A DNA stretch of 63,030 nt, filler included, from Reclinomonas americana ATCC 50394 (GCA_048213135.1; 7 parts of 3 records of this genome joined end to end with filler, not necessarily neighbours in it); one strand, 5' to 3'; shown: positions 35,175 through 50,295, numbered from the whole stretch's first letter. Numbers and translations are program-made. The notes: generated by a model from the sequence alone, not told the origin.

Positions 35175-38100
35175 AGTTTGTGGATCGCGCGGCTGAAGTG
35201 AGTGGCGATGAGGAGGAAGATGACGAGGAGGACGAGGAGGAGGAGGAGATGACGGCCAAGGATCGTGAGTTTATCGGTGAGTGCAAACCTGCATTGTGCA
35301 TCTCTCTCTCCCTGCGCAAGCGCGTGTGTGTGTGTTGTCTTTTGCGCGCGCGCGTGGCATGTCGACTCTGACATCGACGACAACTCATGCACGCACACAC
35401 GCAGCTGGTGCCTCGTCGTCGTCGGGAGGAGGTGCAGGTGCGATGCAACGAAAGCGACGACGTGCGCTCTCTGACGATGAAGAAGGCAACGATGACGAGG
35501 AAGGTGCGCAGCCGTCTGCAAAGGATGACGAGGAAGAGGAGGACGAGGAGGAGGATGAAGAGGATGAGGATGAGGAAGAGGAGGAGGAGGACGACGAGGA
35601 CGGGGAGCCGCAGAAGAAGCGTCGACGCATCGTCTCGGGTCGCAAGCTGAAGCAGCGCAAGGAGGAGTTTATGGCCGAGTTGCAGAATCTGCAGGATGTT
35701 GCGTGTGCAGCAGCAAAGCTCTTCCTTCTCCTCTCCCGCTGTGCACTCACTGACACGAGCGCGTGCATGTGCAGGATGCGGTGCGATCGTCGAGTGACGA
35801 GGCGGGTGGCTACTCGGACGAGGAGAAGTCCAAGGCCTCGTCGCAGCGCAAGAAGAAGAGGAGAAGAAAGGAGCATGCGGAGGCGGGCGGTGGTGCAGGT
35901 GGTGCCCGTGCCGGCAGTGACGATGAGGAGGCGGTGGATGCGCTGGTTGCGAAGAAGAAAAAGAAGAAGAAGAAGCTGTCGGTCGTGGACGAGCTGGAGG
36001 AGATGGGCGAGGAAGACGACGACGTGATGCGGTTACCGGAGGATGTGTACGTTGTCCTCCTATGGCTCCTTTCTTTGAGTGCCGAAACGGGGGAACGCTG
36101 ATGCGAATTGTCGTCGTGCAGGGGTGGTGGCGACAAGCGGCTGACGTCGGTGTTTGGAGATGCGGATCTGCTGGCCGACATGTTACCGCCCGACGAAGGC
36201 ATGGAGGAGGGTCAGTATGGCGACGCGGAGGCTGGATTCGATGTGTACAGCCGCCTCCTGCAGCGCTTTGAGCCCGCCGAGCTCGCCGAGCGTCATCTCA
36301 CCGACGAAGATGCCGTCATTCTCCACCAGGACATTCCCGAGGAGCTGCAGGTGAGCCAGCAAGTGTCTTTTTCTCTTGTGCCGACCTCACACACACGCAC
36401 ACACACTCAATTGTCGTGTGCTCGGTTCCAGGTGCGTCTGCGTCGCCGGCCGCCACCCTCACAAGCGGAGCTGGAGGAGGAGACACGGTGGATCTACCGC
36501 ACGTATTTCGAGACGGACGCCTCGACACGCGCCTACGAGGGATTCGGCATTGACGATCCGCGGTACGGCATGTCGTACGCCGAACTCAAGATCAAGGCCA
36601 TTCGTGCGTGCCTGGTGGGCATGCTGTGCGAGCACCTGGAGCCGGGTTTCTTGTGGATGTACCGCCGCGATGACTTTCCAGACGGCACACTGGTTCGCCG
36701 GGTTCACGCACGCGTCGTCATCCACTGCTGGGTGCTGTTTTTGCTCACTGCGATCTGTGCTTTGTTGGCAGACCGCGGTCGATGTGTGGCGTCTGCTGGA
36801 TTATGATGAAATCTGGGTGCGACAGGCCAGGAAGCTGGCCTCGTTGCGTTCGGTGGTGGAAGCCTACAAGGCCGACGAGGCGCGTGCAGTGGACACGGAC
36901 GAGCAGAAGGCGTTCTTGGAAGCGTTTGAGCGACTGGTGCTGCGAGCCGTGGAGGAGGGTGCGAAGGAGGCCGAGGTCGAAGACATGTTTTCGTACTGGC
37001 AAATCATGACCACTGTGGGCGAGGCCAAGTCGCTGGTCCGGCGTGACGAGTACCATCGATTGGTTCGCGTCGGTTTCAACGAGTACATTGCCAAGTTGCG
37101 CTTGAACGTGCACGAGTACCTCGACACCATTATGAATGCCGGTGTGCCCGAGTCCATTGAGGTGCGTTGTTGTGCGCGAGACAGTGTTGGCTTCTTGTCT
37201 CTCTGACTGTGTGTCGTGATTGCGCACCGTAGCCCTACCACTTGGATCCGGTGGAGTTTGTGTCGCAAGAGTGCGAGCCACTGCTGTTCTCCCTGGAGAC
37301 GTTGACAACGGAGGATGCGGTGCTGGCCGGCATTCGCAAGGTGGTGGCCACTCGCATTGCGCACGAGCCGGAGTTGCGACGCCGCATGCGTGATGCGTTG
37401 CGCGACTCGGCCGTGGTGTCCACCCAGCCGACGGAGAAGGGCGACAAGACGATTGACGTGTTCCATCCGGACGCCAATGTCAAGCGCATTGTCAACAAGC
37501 CGGTGTACAGATTCCTGCGTGATCAGGACGACGTGCACTTCTTGCACATGGTGGTGGCGGAGAAGCGTGGACACATTGAGATTGACATTCGAGACGAGGA
37601 GCCGGAGAAGACGATGCAGAGGGTGCGCAGCGTGCATGTGCGCGGTTGCTGTCGCGCTGTATGTTTTGATGTTGACAAATGTGTCGCTCGCAGGTACTGC
37701 AACCCGAGTGCTTCCTCATTGACAGCCACTCTGCACTCGCCACGGCATGGAACGAGCAGCGCCGTCTCATTCTGCAGGATGTGCAGGAGATGTTGTATGA
37801 GGCGTGCATTCCGGAGATTCGCTCCGAGTTGCTGAAGGTCGCCGAGGACAATGCCATGGATTTGTGTGCGCGCAAGCTGCGCAATCTGGTGTACCATCGA
37901 GGATTCGTGCCCCCCGGCTACAATCCCAACGACGCGTCGGGTCTGTTCTCATGCACGGGTCCTGTGTCGCCGGTGCAGGCACTGATTTGTTTACTTGGAT
38001 GATGCAGATCCATGGTTCCTGGTGGCCTGCGTGTACCAAGATGCCAACAACCCCATTCACTTTGTCAAGGTCACCATGGAAGGCGATGTTGCGTTTGACG

Positions 38101-41100
38101 CGTGGTGTTTTCTTTCCGTCATCGTTGTTGTCTGTGTGTACCGACCTGGCGATTGTTGTTGTTCAGTATGTGGATTCGCTGGTGTGGGGCCTGCGCGACA
38201 TGGCGGGCGGCATGCGCTCCGTCGAGTACACGCGGGACATGGAGAGCCAGCATCACACCCTCGCCATGTGGCTGCAGGAGGGCAATGTGCGCGGCCTGGT
38301 GGTCGGTGTGCGTGACCAGACGGTACGACGGCTGCTCGGCGAGCTGCGCAAGCTGATTGACGAGTCCGCCGACCTCAAAGACCACGTGACGCTGATCGAC
38401 ATGGACGAGGATATTGCAAAGTTGTACGAAGCCGGCGAACTGGCCACAAATGAGTATCCCGACTGGACCGACTCGAATGGTCTGGCCAAGAGGTTTGTTG
38501 ATGGGGACAGGGGTGGGCGATTTGGAATTGTGAGCGCGCACGTGCTAATGGTGATCGCAGACGGTGCTTGTCGCTCGCACGACGAGTGCTGGAGCCGCTG
38601 TGGGAGTTCTCCTGCCTGTTCAACACCAACAAGGACATTCTCAAAGTGCACATGCACACGTTCCAGTCGGCGGTTGCGTCTCTGCATGCTTCCTCAATTC
38701 TTGAAAGACCCGACTCCTCAACTCTCTTCTGTGCAGTTGCCGCAAGACCGTCTCATGATGCGTCTGCGAGAGGAGATGCGCATTGTGACTGCCACGGTTG
38801 GTGTGCGTGTGAACATTGTGATTCATCGACCGCACGCGTGGCCAGTGCTGCAATTCGTCGCCGGCTTGGGACCCCGCAAGGCGCCCGATCTGGTGGTGCA
38901 ATTGCAGAAGCTGGAGGTGCGTCTCTCAGAGTGACTCACTTGCGTGTGCCTGCCACTGCTCACATTCACGCACAACAGGGAGGCTGCTTGCAGTCGCGAC
39001 ACCAGCTGCTGCAGCTGGTGGGTGAGGTAGTTTTCAACAATGCGGCTGGTTTCCTGTTTGTGACGCTGGACGACGAGGAGGGCAGTGGTGGATGTTGCGG
39101 CACGCATCATTGTCCTTTGCTGCGCGCTCTCGCTCATCTTGTCTCTTCTCTCTCTCTCTCTTCTTCTCTCGCACGCGACAGCGCTGGTGGAGCGGAGTCG
39201 CATCCATCCCGAATTCTACCCGCTGGCCATCAAGATCGCCGTCGATGCTCTCGACCAGGAGGTCTCACCGGACCCGATTTTGCGCATGCAAGAGTACTAT
39301 CAGCGTCACATGACGTTTGCCGAGTTGCTCGACTCGGATGGCCTCGATCCGCTGCTCAACTACGTGGACGACCTGAAGCGACGCAATCTGAGTGCGGAGA
39401 CACTCTTCCCCGCTGGTTTGTGTTGGAGGGAGGGGAAGGGAGGTGTTGCGAGATGAGCATGCGCTTGACGAATGCTCTGTGAATGCAGCTCAAATCGAGA
39501 AGCTGGGCATGTGTGCGAGCGAGTACGTCGAACGGAGTGTGCCGTTCAGCAAGGAGCGCACTGTCACTGCGTTGGCGGGTTCGTGTGTGGCCCCCGTCTT
39601 GATCATTTCAGTTTTCTTCATCGTTCTCACTTGTTCGTACAGCCGATCGACGGAAAAATGTTGGCAATGGCAACAATGACGACGACCTCGGAGATGACTT
39701 GGACGATGCGGACGACGACGATGATGAGATTGGCGACGACGAGTTGGCGGCCCTCGGCGGCAATGGCGATGACGCGTGCGTGCTTTTTCCTTGAGAGTAT
39801 TCTCCTCGTGCATTCCTCATTCTTTCTGCTCAACGCGACAGTCAACTTGCCGAGGCTCGTGCGGCTCGTCAGCGAGAGCGTGAGGAGAGGCGGCGGCAGC
39901 GTGAGGCGCGACGTCAAAAGTTGCGCAACCACATCGCCATGCAGTGGTTGCGTCAGGCATGCCACACGTGTTGATTGACCGACGATCTTCTTGCAGACGA
40001 CTGCTGGACAAGACTCCGTTGCAGGTGGTGATTATGCGCGGATCGATCATCAGTGCGGCGTTCTTGTGCCAGCGCGAAATCGATCATGCAGGGGAGGACG
40101 AACGACCGCCGTTTGCGGAGCCGACCATGGAGGAGCGATTCCGCATGCTGTTTGGTGACATTCCGGGCGTGACTCTGATGGAGGGCATGCCGGTGTTGGC
40201 CGAAGTCGTCCGACGTTGCGTTGCTCTCATTCTCTCTCACGCACCTTGTCGTATTTACTCAATCTGTGTGCGCGCGCAGCGGCACAAACGGCCTCCGACT
40301 ACAGCGACAACAAGGCCAGCAAAATCATCTGCCGACTCACCGACAACAGCTGTCCTGCCATCTACTTTGCCAACGACCCCACACCCGCCGAGTGCACACG
40401 TGGTTCGATTTTGGATCTGTGTGTGGAGCGTATCGAGTTGCCGCAACCGTCTGTTGCGTGCCGCATTCGTCTTCTCCGCATCTGTTGTTGTGTATTCGTG
40501 CTGGTTGACATTCGTGTCCAGGAGCCATCCATGATGTTGGATATGGCGCGCGACGCGCCATGGTGGGATCGCATGCAAGTCAAGCTGCAGACGAGAGACA
40601 CTACGCGGGAGCGTGATGCGTCGACCCGCAACTTTGACGAGTACCTGAGATTCACGGCACCGCCAGAGTATCGCGCCAGCTCCTCGACCAGTTGCGTATC
40701 GACTGGAGAAAAGCTGATTTGCTGTGCTGTGTGGCTGCTGATTGTGTTCCTGCAGCCAAGCGGTCGTCGCGCACCCTGGTCAGTCGCCCCATCAATCATC
40801 CGTTCTTCCGCAACTGGACGTGGAGTGAGGCCAAGGAGCACTTGAAGGTGGACCATCCATTGTTGGGGCATTTTTCGGGTTTGTCGACTGACATGGTGAC
40901 GTGATCACGCAGGATGCACCGATTGGCGACCTGATCATCAGACCAAAGCCCGGCAACCATGCGCGCCTCTGCATCAGTTTCAAATTCTTCTCTGGTCTCG
41001 TCAGCAACATCGAGGTGGAGGAGAAGGACAAGCCCAATCCATTAGCACTCGGTCAGCGTTTGCTGCTGGACAAGCACGAGTTTGAGGATCTCGACGAAGT

Positions 41101-42195
41101 TGCGTGATGGCGCACCAGTAGTGTGCGCCTCGCCGCGATGACTCATCTCTCTTGGTTAGGTGTGCGAGCGTTACATTGCGCGGCTGATGACGACCGCACG
41201 CAAAATGGCCGAGCACCGCAAGTTTACCGATGCCACCGAGGAGAAGATTGAGGAGATGCTGCAGGCGGAGCTCCGTGCGAACCCGCGTGCCATCCCCTAT
41301 CGCATTGCCGTGCATCGTGCCACCTACCGCTCGATGCATTTTGCCATTTACTACATGACACGGCACTCGTCGCTGATGCACAAGAGCGTCAAGCCGGCAC
41401 CGGAGGGTTTCTACTTCCGCAAGTCGCTGTTCAAGAAGCCGGAGGAGGTGATCAATGCCTTCAAGAAGGACCTGGAGGAGGAATTCCGCAAGGCACGCTC
41501 CAGTCGCAGTCAGCCGTCGCCTGCTGGCGGCGGAAGCTCGCACGGCATGCCGATGCTGTCACCGCTGCAGTCGTACACCTCACCGCTGGTCAACGAATCG
41601 CCTCGGTCGGGGTCGAGTGGCTCCGCCATCTCCACGCCACCCATGCACTCCAGTACGTCGTCGTCGTCGTCTTCGATCAGCAAGCTTCTTGCGCATTGCG
41701 ATACTCACCTCGTGCGTCTGTGTGTTTGCAGACTCGAGCATGGATCGCTGGATGTCGGCAGCGCGCGGAATCGCACCTCCGATACCATCGCCGAGTATGC
41801 ACTCTGGTGTGTCGACTCCTTCGCCGTTCGGTCGCCCCAGTGGCGGCGGCGGCGCACCGCCACCACCACCACCACCACCGCCGCCATCTGGTGGCAGCTC
41901 GTTCTCGGCACCGCGACCACCACCGTCGTCGTCGGGACGTGCGGTCGGCAGCTCACCAGCCCGCGATTCGTACGGAGGTGGGGGAGCTGGGGGGTACTAC
42001 AACCAACCACCACCACCTCCACCACCACCGTCGTACCCGCAGCAGCCGTCTCGATACGACAACAGTCCGTCGATGGCCACTCCACCACTTTATCAATCGC
42101 CCAGGTCGGGAAGGCACGGTGCTCCGCCACCACCGCCTCCACCACCACCGCCGCCGCCTCCAGAGCGTGCTGACGACGATATGGAAATGGACTGA
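35175..42195 (+). CDS. SPT6: Transcription elongation factor Spt6 (5' end at scaffold edge)
   Basis: Acidic N-terminus, FEPAELAERHLTDED..DIPEELQ, LQFVAGLGPRKA (HhH), VFNNAAGFL, SRIHPEFY, tandem SH2 (INHPFF..FEDLDEVCERYI); about 20 introns. Confidence 0.95.
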
Positions 42196-42278
42196 GCGAA
42201 TGAGAGGGAGGGAGCGGGAAAGAGAGAGAAATGGTAGTGAAGAGTTGTCCTGCGTATCACAATCATCAACAAACAATC

Positions 42279-44974
42279 ATGCATTGGCAAACGCCACTTG
42301 CGTTCACGCTTCTGTTGGTGCTGCTGTCGGTGTTGCCGGCGCAGTATGCCGCAGGCACGGGAGGTGTGTGCGTGTCTGTGTGTACATCGCTCTCTCTCTC
42401 CCCTTCTGTCTCTCTCTCGCATTTCTCCTCACAGATGTGCGCGCAGCAGCATCAACACAGGTTACTGTCAATGTCGCCGATGAGGCCTACGAGACTCGTG
42501 TGGTGGCACCCGTTGCACTGGTTTGTGGCTTTTTATGCGAGAGAAACCGAGAAAGAGAAAGAGAGAGACAACTGACGACGCGCGCAGTCACCAGTGCCGC
42601 CCATCCCTCTGCTCTTCCGATCCGTGCTGGTTGTCAGTGTGGTGTCGCCCAAGGTGATTCCGATCGCTTCACTCCCGCACACTTGCTTGCACCTGCATGC
42701 AACTCAATGCACACACACAGATGGACCATCACAGCCTGCGCGACTTTGTCGGCGCTGTGCACCAGTGCAGCCTCCATCTGCAAGTGCTGCTGGTGTCGTT
42801 TGAGCAGACTGGTGGTCGCCTGTCGGAGGCGTTGACTGGAGAGATCGGTGTCTGGGTCAACACCATGTATGTGCACGACGGGGAGACGAAATGGGACGAA
42901 GAGAGCAGCGATGCTGCATGCTTCTGGTCGGCGTTGCAGGGTGTAGCGAGGCAGCACGCACCCGACAAGGATATGCTGTTCATGCAACCCACGGTGCTGT
43001 TGCACAACTGCCCCATTCGCGGCGCCGAGATCCTCACTGGTGTCACTGCCAAGCCGCTGCCGACAACACGACCCCGCGCCTTCCCCTGGTTGCCACACAC
43101 TGCATGGTAACAGAAGCAGTGCCTTGAACACACTGTGGTTGTAACACGCACATTGACATGCACTTGTGCACTTCAGGTTCCCCCTCAGTGGCCATTCGGC
43201 AGCAAAGTGCCCGACCGGCCGTCGGTGTGATGGTGCCATGCTCTTTGTGGAGAATATGACACCGGCTGGTCGCTGCCACTTGGCGCTGCACAATCGGGAA
43301 CCCGTGCGGCAAACGTCGCTTCTCGTCAACTATTCACCGAGTGGTGCGGTGGAGGAGCGTGAGCATGTCGGTCAGCGCGACTCTGGCTCGGCGGCACCAC
43401 GTCCCGAGGTGTGCGTGCTCATGCCGGCCTACCATCGCAACGTGTCGGTGCCGCTAATGGCGGGCGATCTGTTCCACACGTTCATGAATCAGGTTTGCAC
43501 GGCAACGTCTCGTCGTTGTTCTTCCTGGTGCGTGTGTGACGTGAGTTGTTGCAGACTGTGCCGGCGCTGTTGGAGGACGCTGACGGCTCCTACGACTTGG
43601 CATTCTACTGGGCCATGCACACAGACAATGTCCACCTGGAGCACCCGGGGTTCCTGGAGGCTGCGCTGCTTGGCGAGGTCTGGCGGAAAGCGAGAGAGTG
43701 ACGAGGTGGGTTGTGTTGCTACCTGCTGACTCTCGTCGATTGTCAGTTCCGCAAAGCGGTAATAGCGGCCAAGCGCGCCGATCTCGCCTTGCGCTACGTA
43801 ACGTACAGAACGGCGCTGGGTGAGTTGTTGTGCGATATTTTTCGCCTCTGCCCACGGTGTCTCATTGAGCGCTGCAGGGCCGCCGAGCGACAACATTTAC
43901 TATCCGCGAAACCAGATGGCACCAGTTGCGCGAGTGGGAACAAGCATGCATCTCGCCATCTCTCCCATTCTCTCATCACATAATGCACAGGCTGCCTTTC
44001 GTGATGGATGTGCTTACTTTTTCGTGCGTACATTCCCCGCCTTGCTGTCGTAGGATGTGTCCACGTCTCACGACAGTGGTGCACAGGTCACTGACAATGA
44101 CGCAATTTACACGAAACGCGGCTTCCTCAACGAGTTTTGTGTTGCTGTCGACCGCGGTAGGATTGTTGTCGACGACATACTCACTTTGCTGCGCATGCAC
44201 AGGTGGGTACAAACTCTGCGCTCGCGACTCGATTTCGGGGCGGTGGGAACTGGTTGGCAACGGCGCCTATTCAACGCGTTCATGGTCCCCCGGTCGCACG
44301 TCGAGATCTTTGGCCATGTAAGTGCCTGTGATGACTGTGCGCGCTGTTCGCCTGCTGCTGCTCACTGTTGAGCAACTTCGCAGATTTGGTCGCCGTTCTT
44401 CCATAACTGGTGACTCAAGCAAATTGTGATCCGTTTTGTTGCCACTCTCATCATGAGTACGCACGCAGGGTTGGCGACGACTGGGCGCAGCAAGTGTACG
44501 CCGACGACGACCGAGTGTGGACATCAGTGGCTGTGCACGGAAGCAACGAAACGACATACTGTTGCGCGCGGCACGAGTTGCAATCAATGGCGTGCAATGC
44601 AATCTGTGCTCACACTGCTGTGCTCACAAACAGCGCACTGCGGCTCCCCGTACACCATTCGCGCCTTGCCGTGCACCGTTGAAATGTCGAGAAGAGCCAT
44701 TGCACGATGGCTGCGGCAGAAGCAGCAATTTGCGGCCCATCCGGCAGTGGCGTTGCGTTTTTCAGTGTCTGTGAGAAGGGGGAGCAATAGTGAGAATGAC
44801 TTGTTGTTCTTGTGCTGCAGCGACTGGTTTGGCTCCAAGCTACGCGTGTACGAAGTGGCCGTTGGCAAGGCCATGGCAGAGGACTGGTGTCTGACTGCTT
44901 TCCGGCATCACGTGGGCGCCATGGAAGTCTTCATGACGAATCCTCTCCTCAACAACACACCACCAGGCGTGTAA
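42279..44974 (+). CDS. Signal-peptide protein with C-terminal GT-A (GT2-like) glycosyltransferase domain
   Basis: Hydrophobic leader; VCVLMPAY, AFRDGCAYFF..TDND (DxD), HVEIFG..FFHNWVGDDWAQQVY. Confidence 0.6.
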
Positions 44975-45359
44975 TCAATCTTGTCGTGCACTGCTGCTGC
45001 ACNNNNNNNNNNNNNNNNNNNNNNNNNNNNNNNNNNNNNNNNNNNNNNNNNNNNNNNNNNNNNNNNNNNNNNNNNNNNNNNNNNNNNNNNNNNNNNNNNN
45101 NNNNNNNNNNNNNNNNNNNNNNNNNNNNNNNNNNNNNNNNNNNNNNNNNNNNNNNNNNNNNNNNNNNNNNNNNNNNNNNNNNNNNNNNNNNNNNNNNNNN
45201 NNNNNNNNNNNNNNNNNNNNNNNNNNNNNNNNNNNNNNNNNNNNNNNNNNNNNNNNNNNNNNNNNNNNNNNNNNNNNNNNNNNNNNNNNNNNNNNNNNNN
45301 NNNNNNNNNNNNNNNNNNNNNNNNNNNNNNNNNNNNNNNNNCTAATAACCTCCTGCCTT

Positions 45360-48300
45360 TCACCCGCCCTCACCTGACGGCGACGACGCCAGTGGCAGCA
45401 GAAACGCCTTTGAGTAATCCGTGAGTGGCGAATTCACCGTCACCGTCAGCGATGCCGGCGGCGGGGGAGGCGATGGCGGTACGTCGGCCAGTGTCATGGT
45501 GTTCTGACTCTGACTGCGACTCAGCGAGCGGCTGCTGAGCGACGACGGCGATCGCTGCAGCGACGACTGGGGTGCTACTGTTGTTGGCGCGGCGGTGGCA
45601 GCGGTGGCGGCCAGTGTTGGCGACGTTGGCGACAGCTGCGCCTCGAATGTGATCGACGTGCGATGATTGGCCAGGCGCTGTGATTCGTCGCACATGAGAA
45701 TCGGCAACAAAAAGAGTGAACGCGATCAGTAACGCCGCAACTGGTGACTCGAACGGCACGTGCGATGACCGCGAGCGCGGGCGACCGGTCGGTGGACTGC
45801 GCTGCGGCTGCTCGGCAACGTGCGCCGGCTCCACAGTTCCGCCAGGTGACACATCCTCCTGACTGAGTGCCGACGACGGTCGATGACTCCACGATCCACT
45901 GACAGACGACTGCGCAAAGTCGGACTCGCTCATCGACTCGGAGCGAGCCAGCGTCTCGCTGCGTTGTTGCAGCAAGAGGACGAGTGAGAAACGGATGGAA
46001 AGGTGAGGTTCCGATTCGCAAGCGCGGGTGCACGAAACTTGACACGCATGTGCCGCCACTCCTCGGCCGATTGCCGCGCTGCAGCGGCAGCATCGCGTTG
46101 CAGCTTCTGCGATGTCGCCAACGAGCTGCCAAACACGTGCCGATTGGCGGCGAGCGAGCGCGCAGACAGCGGTCGACCGCGCCGTACGTGCCCACCGCCC
46201 TCGGCACCATCGTCGCCACTACCGTCACCACCATTTCCACCACCGCCATTCATACCACTGCCGCTAACTTCTGCCGCCGGTGTCACATTCGTGGTCCAGC
46301 TGCCGAGATCGGAAATGCCCGACGGCGACAGTGGCATCTCCTTGCGCATCTGCGCAGAGCGCGGTCGCATGGCGGGCGGCACTGCGGTGTGCGGTGGTCG
46401 TGCTACAACGCGACCGCTGTCCAGCTTCACGTCCCACTTGCCCAGATCCTCCGTCTCCTCGGACTCTTCATCATCATCATCGTCATCGTCCTCATCAACC
46501 TCAACAATGTCACTCGCCTCCTCATCCTCATCGTCCCCCACCACGCTCCTTTCAGCACCCATCCCCATGTCGGGAACCTGCAACGACGGTCGGTGCGAAG
46601 CCGTCATCATTACCGACGGCGGTCCAATGTGCGGCTGCGGTCCACGAGCCGCGGACTCGGCGGGTGCGGGGGCAGGCGGCGGTGGCGTGCGTGGTGATGG
46701 TGGCGGGAACCACTTGGACATCATCGGCGCCGGCGTTGTCGAGTGTGCCATGACGGACGACAGCGAGGCGCCAGTGGAGGGTGGCCGGGTGGTGGTGCTG
46801 GCCGACGGACGACGCGAGTGCGACGCGGTGGGACTCGAGCCGGCGAGCACATACTCGACAGGCACACCACCAGCCCCGTAGCGGAAGTCAGCCATCTCGC
46901 GGAAGGTGACGGCCGACCCGTCGGGTGTGAGTGCCGCCGTGGGTATCTTGTTGAAGCGGCGCACGGCGGAGGCGGTCTTCGGGCGTTTCGAGTCGGACGA
47001 GTCGCGCGTACGGTGCGTGCTGCGTGTCGGTGAACAGAATGAGAAAAGTGAGCGTAATCGTCGAGTGTAGGAAAAAGTCGAGCTGCGCAACTCGGCTGCC
47101 GCGGAGAATGGTCGCGCCGTGGACAATGGACTACTCTGCCGCGCCGTGGCCGTTCGTGGTGGTGACTGGTGGGAAGAAAGCATGGACGGTGATGAGCACC
47201 ACGAGGGACAGACAGAGAGAGTTCGTGAGGTTGGTTGAGATTGCACCTCTTCGGTCCGCCTGTCGGGGATTGGCAGCGAAGGTACATCCGGTCGAGCACT
47301 GCGCGACTCAATGAGGAAAACAAGGCGATGATATGTGCGACCACGGCGGCTGAGAAACGTACCGTGGTGACGCTCGGTTGGAGACTGCTGGTGACGCTCG
47401 GTTGGAGACTGCTGGTGACACTCTCGGTGTGTTGGAGGCGGAGCGCACGGGGAGACCCGGCTGCTGTGCCGGAGAAGGCGGTCGAGGTGACAAGGGTGGC
47501 TGGGTCGCAGTCGCTGACGCTGGTGGGGCTGGCGGTGGTGAGGGCCTCGCTGAATCGCCGAGCAATGCTCTCCTCCTGGCGGTCGCTGGCGGTGTCGGAT
47601 CCGGTTGCTTGTCCTTGAAGAACACCGTGCCAAAGCCGAGCGTGCCCTCTGCCGTCACATGGTCTGTCATGATCCACTTTTGCAGGCACGCCGGGCACAT
47701 GCGAGTGGCGGCGCCAGGCTTGCTGTCGGCAACCTGTGTGCGCGATCTTGACGATGCACTGCGAGGTGTGGGAAAGAGAGACGGCTGTGAGCCAACTTGT
47801 TTGACACCCAAAGGAGAATCCTCGCCCTCCCCTTTATCGCAACTGAAAAATGTTGTTGTACGCCTTCTCCTTTTGCAGCATGTCCAGACTGAGATTGTGA
47901 AGCAAAAAGTGCAGTCGCGACAACTCTCGCTCGTACATGACAACTGCGGGGGCACGCAAGGTAAGCCAAGAACCGCAAAAAGAAGTCACTGCCCCCCCTT
48001 CCACCACGAAACTCGTATTCTCCAGCGACGTAATCTCCTGCTTGGCATTGACCAAGTCGCGCTCCTTGTCGAGCAGCTTCCTGTTGAATTCGGCACGAAT
48101 GGCCTCCTTCTCGGCCTCGCAGCGCGCCACCGCACGGTTGGCCTCCACAAGCATCCGATTGACGCGGTTCAGCTCCTCCTGTTTCCGCTGCATCTCTCGC
48201 TGCAGCTCGCGCTTCTCCTGCTCCAACTGCGCCATCTCCGTCTTCATGCGATCCATGGCAGCCTGCATGGCCATGCGTTTCTGCGCCTCCTCCGCCAGCA

Positions 48301-49930
48301 TCTGTTCCAGTCGGGCAACTCGCTGTTGAATCTCCTTCTTCTGGTCCTCGAGGTCGCGAATCTGTGACTGCGCAGCCTGCCACTCCTGCACTTTGCGCGC
48401 CATGTCTGCACGCAGCCGCGCCGTGTCGGCACGCAACGCCGTCACCGTGTCCTCCAGCTTCTCAAACTTGTGCTCCTCCACCTTGGTCTCATCCAGCTGC
48501 AGCTTGTCCACGAAATCATTCAACTTGGTGGTCAACGACTTGACGTGCCCTTGCCACTTGTCGTTCTCCGACTGCGCGCGTCGGGGGGGAGAGAAGAGTG
48601 AGGTGGCATGAAGGAGAAAGGACTGTGAAGAATGAACGCAACGCCTAATCTGTTAATCTCCTTTTCGAATCGCGCGCGCAACTCGCGCTCCAGCTCGGCA
48701 AGCACCAGTGCACGTTGGCGCGTGAGCGCGTTACGAATGCTGGTCTCGATGCCCTGGCGAATGGAGGTGATTTGCGCTTCGTGCGACTCAACCATAAACT
48801 CACGCAGCGAGGACCACTTTTCACGCTGCGCCGACGTGGCCGCACGGTGCAGATCCACCGCACGAGTGAGCACTGGAGTGGAGAAAGAGAGTGAGTGTGC
48901 AACGCCAACGTGGACGTCTGGGGAGGGGATCACTCTGCAGACCTTGTTCCATCAGTGAACGCTCCGCATTGTCGTCGGCCTCGAGCACCTTGAACAGAAA
49001 CGTGGACGATGTCGACGGCACCATGGCCACGGCACGCACCTCACCACGCATGGTGTTGCGCGAGATACGCACCGACTCGATCAGCGACCGCATGCGCGCC
49101 TCAAACTCAGGCATCTGCGGATCGAGGTTCTCCACATCCTCCGACTCCATCAACGTCGTGTTGAAGACCGGCGAGAGCAGCTGCGTCGGCGACGTCGCCC
49201 GCATCGTGGCCATACTCGACGGCGTGATCGGAGACGGCGGCGACTGCTGCTGCTGCACCGACGCGGCCGGTGGTGGCGGCGACGACGACAAGGACGATGT
49301 GCTCACAAACGAGGTCGCACGCCGCGGTCTCCCACGATCCGCGCCCAGCACCGCCATGGATGCCGACCGCTGTCGCATCACTTGCGGTGTGGTAGGCGGC
49401 ACCGATGACTGCGAACTCTTTTCCTCCTCTTCCTCCTCCTCCTCCTCTTCTTCTTCCTCATCATCCTCTTCAGGTTCCGGCGACGGTGGTAATGGCGGTG
49501 GCGATTGACGCATCAATGACCCTCTCCTTGCTGGCGACATTCCCATGGATGGAGGAGGCGAGGACGAAGATCCACGTCGCTCCATCATGACTGGAGAGGC
49601 AATGGTCGCCGAGCGTTTCCTTCCTCCGCCACCTCCACCTCCGGCCTGTGCTGGTGGCTGAGGCAGCGGTCGCAGCTCCAGTCCAAAGTCAGGGTACGCC
49701 GCATTGCGGTCGACTCGCCGCTCAAACAGCGCCTCGGACTGCTGCAGTGCCTGATCCAACACATACTCGGCAATGTCCTGAGCGTGCCAACGATGAGCGA
49801 CCACTCTTTGTGTGTGGAAGGGAGAGAAAGAGAGTGTGTGTGTGAGTGTGAGTGGTACCTTTTTGGTGTTGGAGGGCGAGAAGAACGGATCGTTCTCCAT
49901 GCCGTTCAGCAACGGCGGCGGTGAGGCCAT
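45360..49930 (-). CDS. Large low-complexity and coiled-coil protein
   Basis: Consecutive long minus-strand ORFs joined by GT-AG introns; strong heptads at 48000-48850. Confidence 0.65.
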
Positions 49931-50295
49931 CGCATCAACACACGACGATTGATATTGAGTGATCGATGAAATTGCGGCGCGCGACGTCGATCCACGACGT
50001 CACGAGCGTGGGGTGAAGGGGAGAGAGCACGCAGATGGCACACGCACGCACGCGCGTAAGTGCAGTTGGCAAGTCCGCGCGTGCCAGTGCGCGACGTCGA
50101 CGTTCAATTTACATAATTTTTTTAGCAGCAGCAGCAGCGACGTGTGGCGCCAATCCTCCACGCGGCGCTATTGCTGCCGTCTGCCTGCACCACTCCATGG
50201 AAAGCCACTCGCCCGCAACGGCCAAAGTCCGGAACGATCATCATTTTGGGGGGTCGATATCGACAGGACGATCAATCCATCGTTTTCGCATTCGC

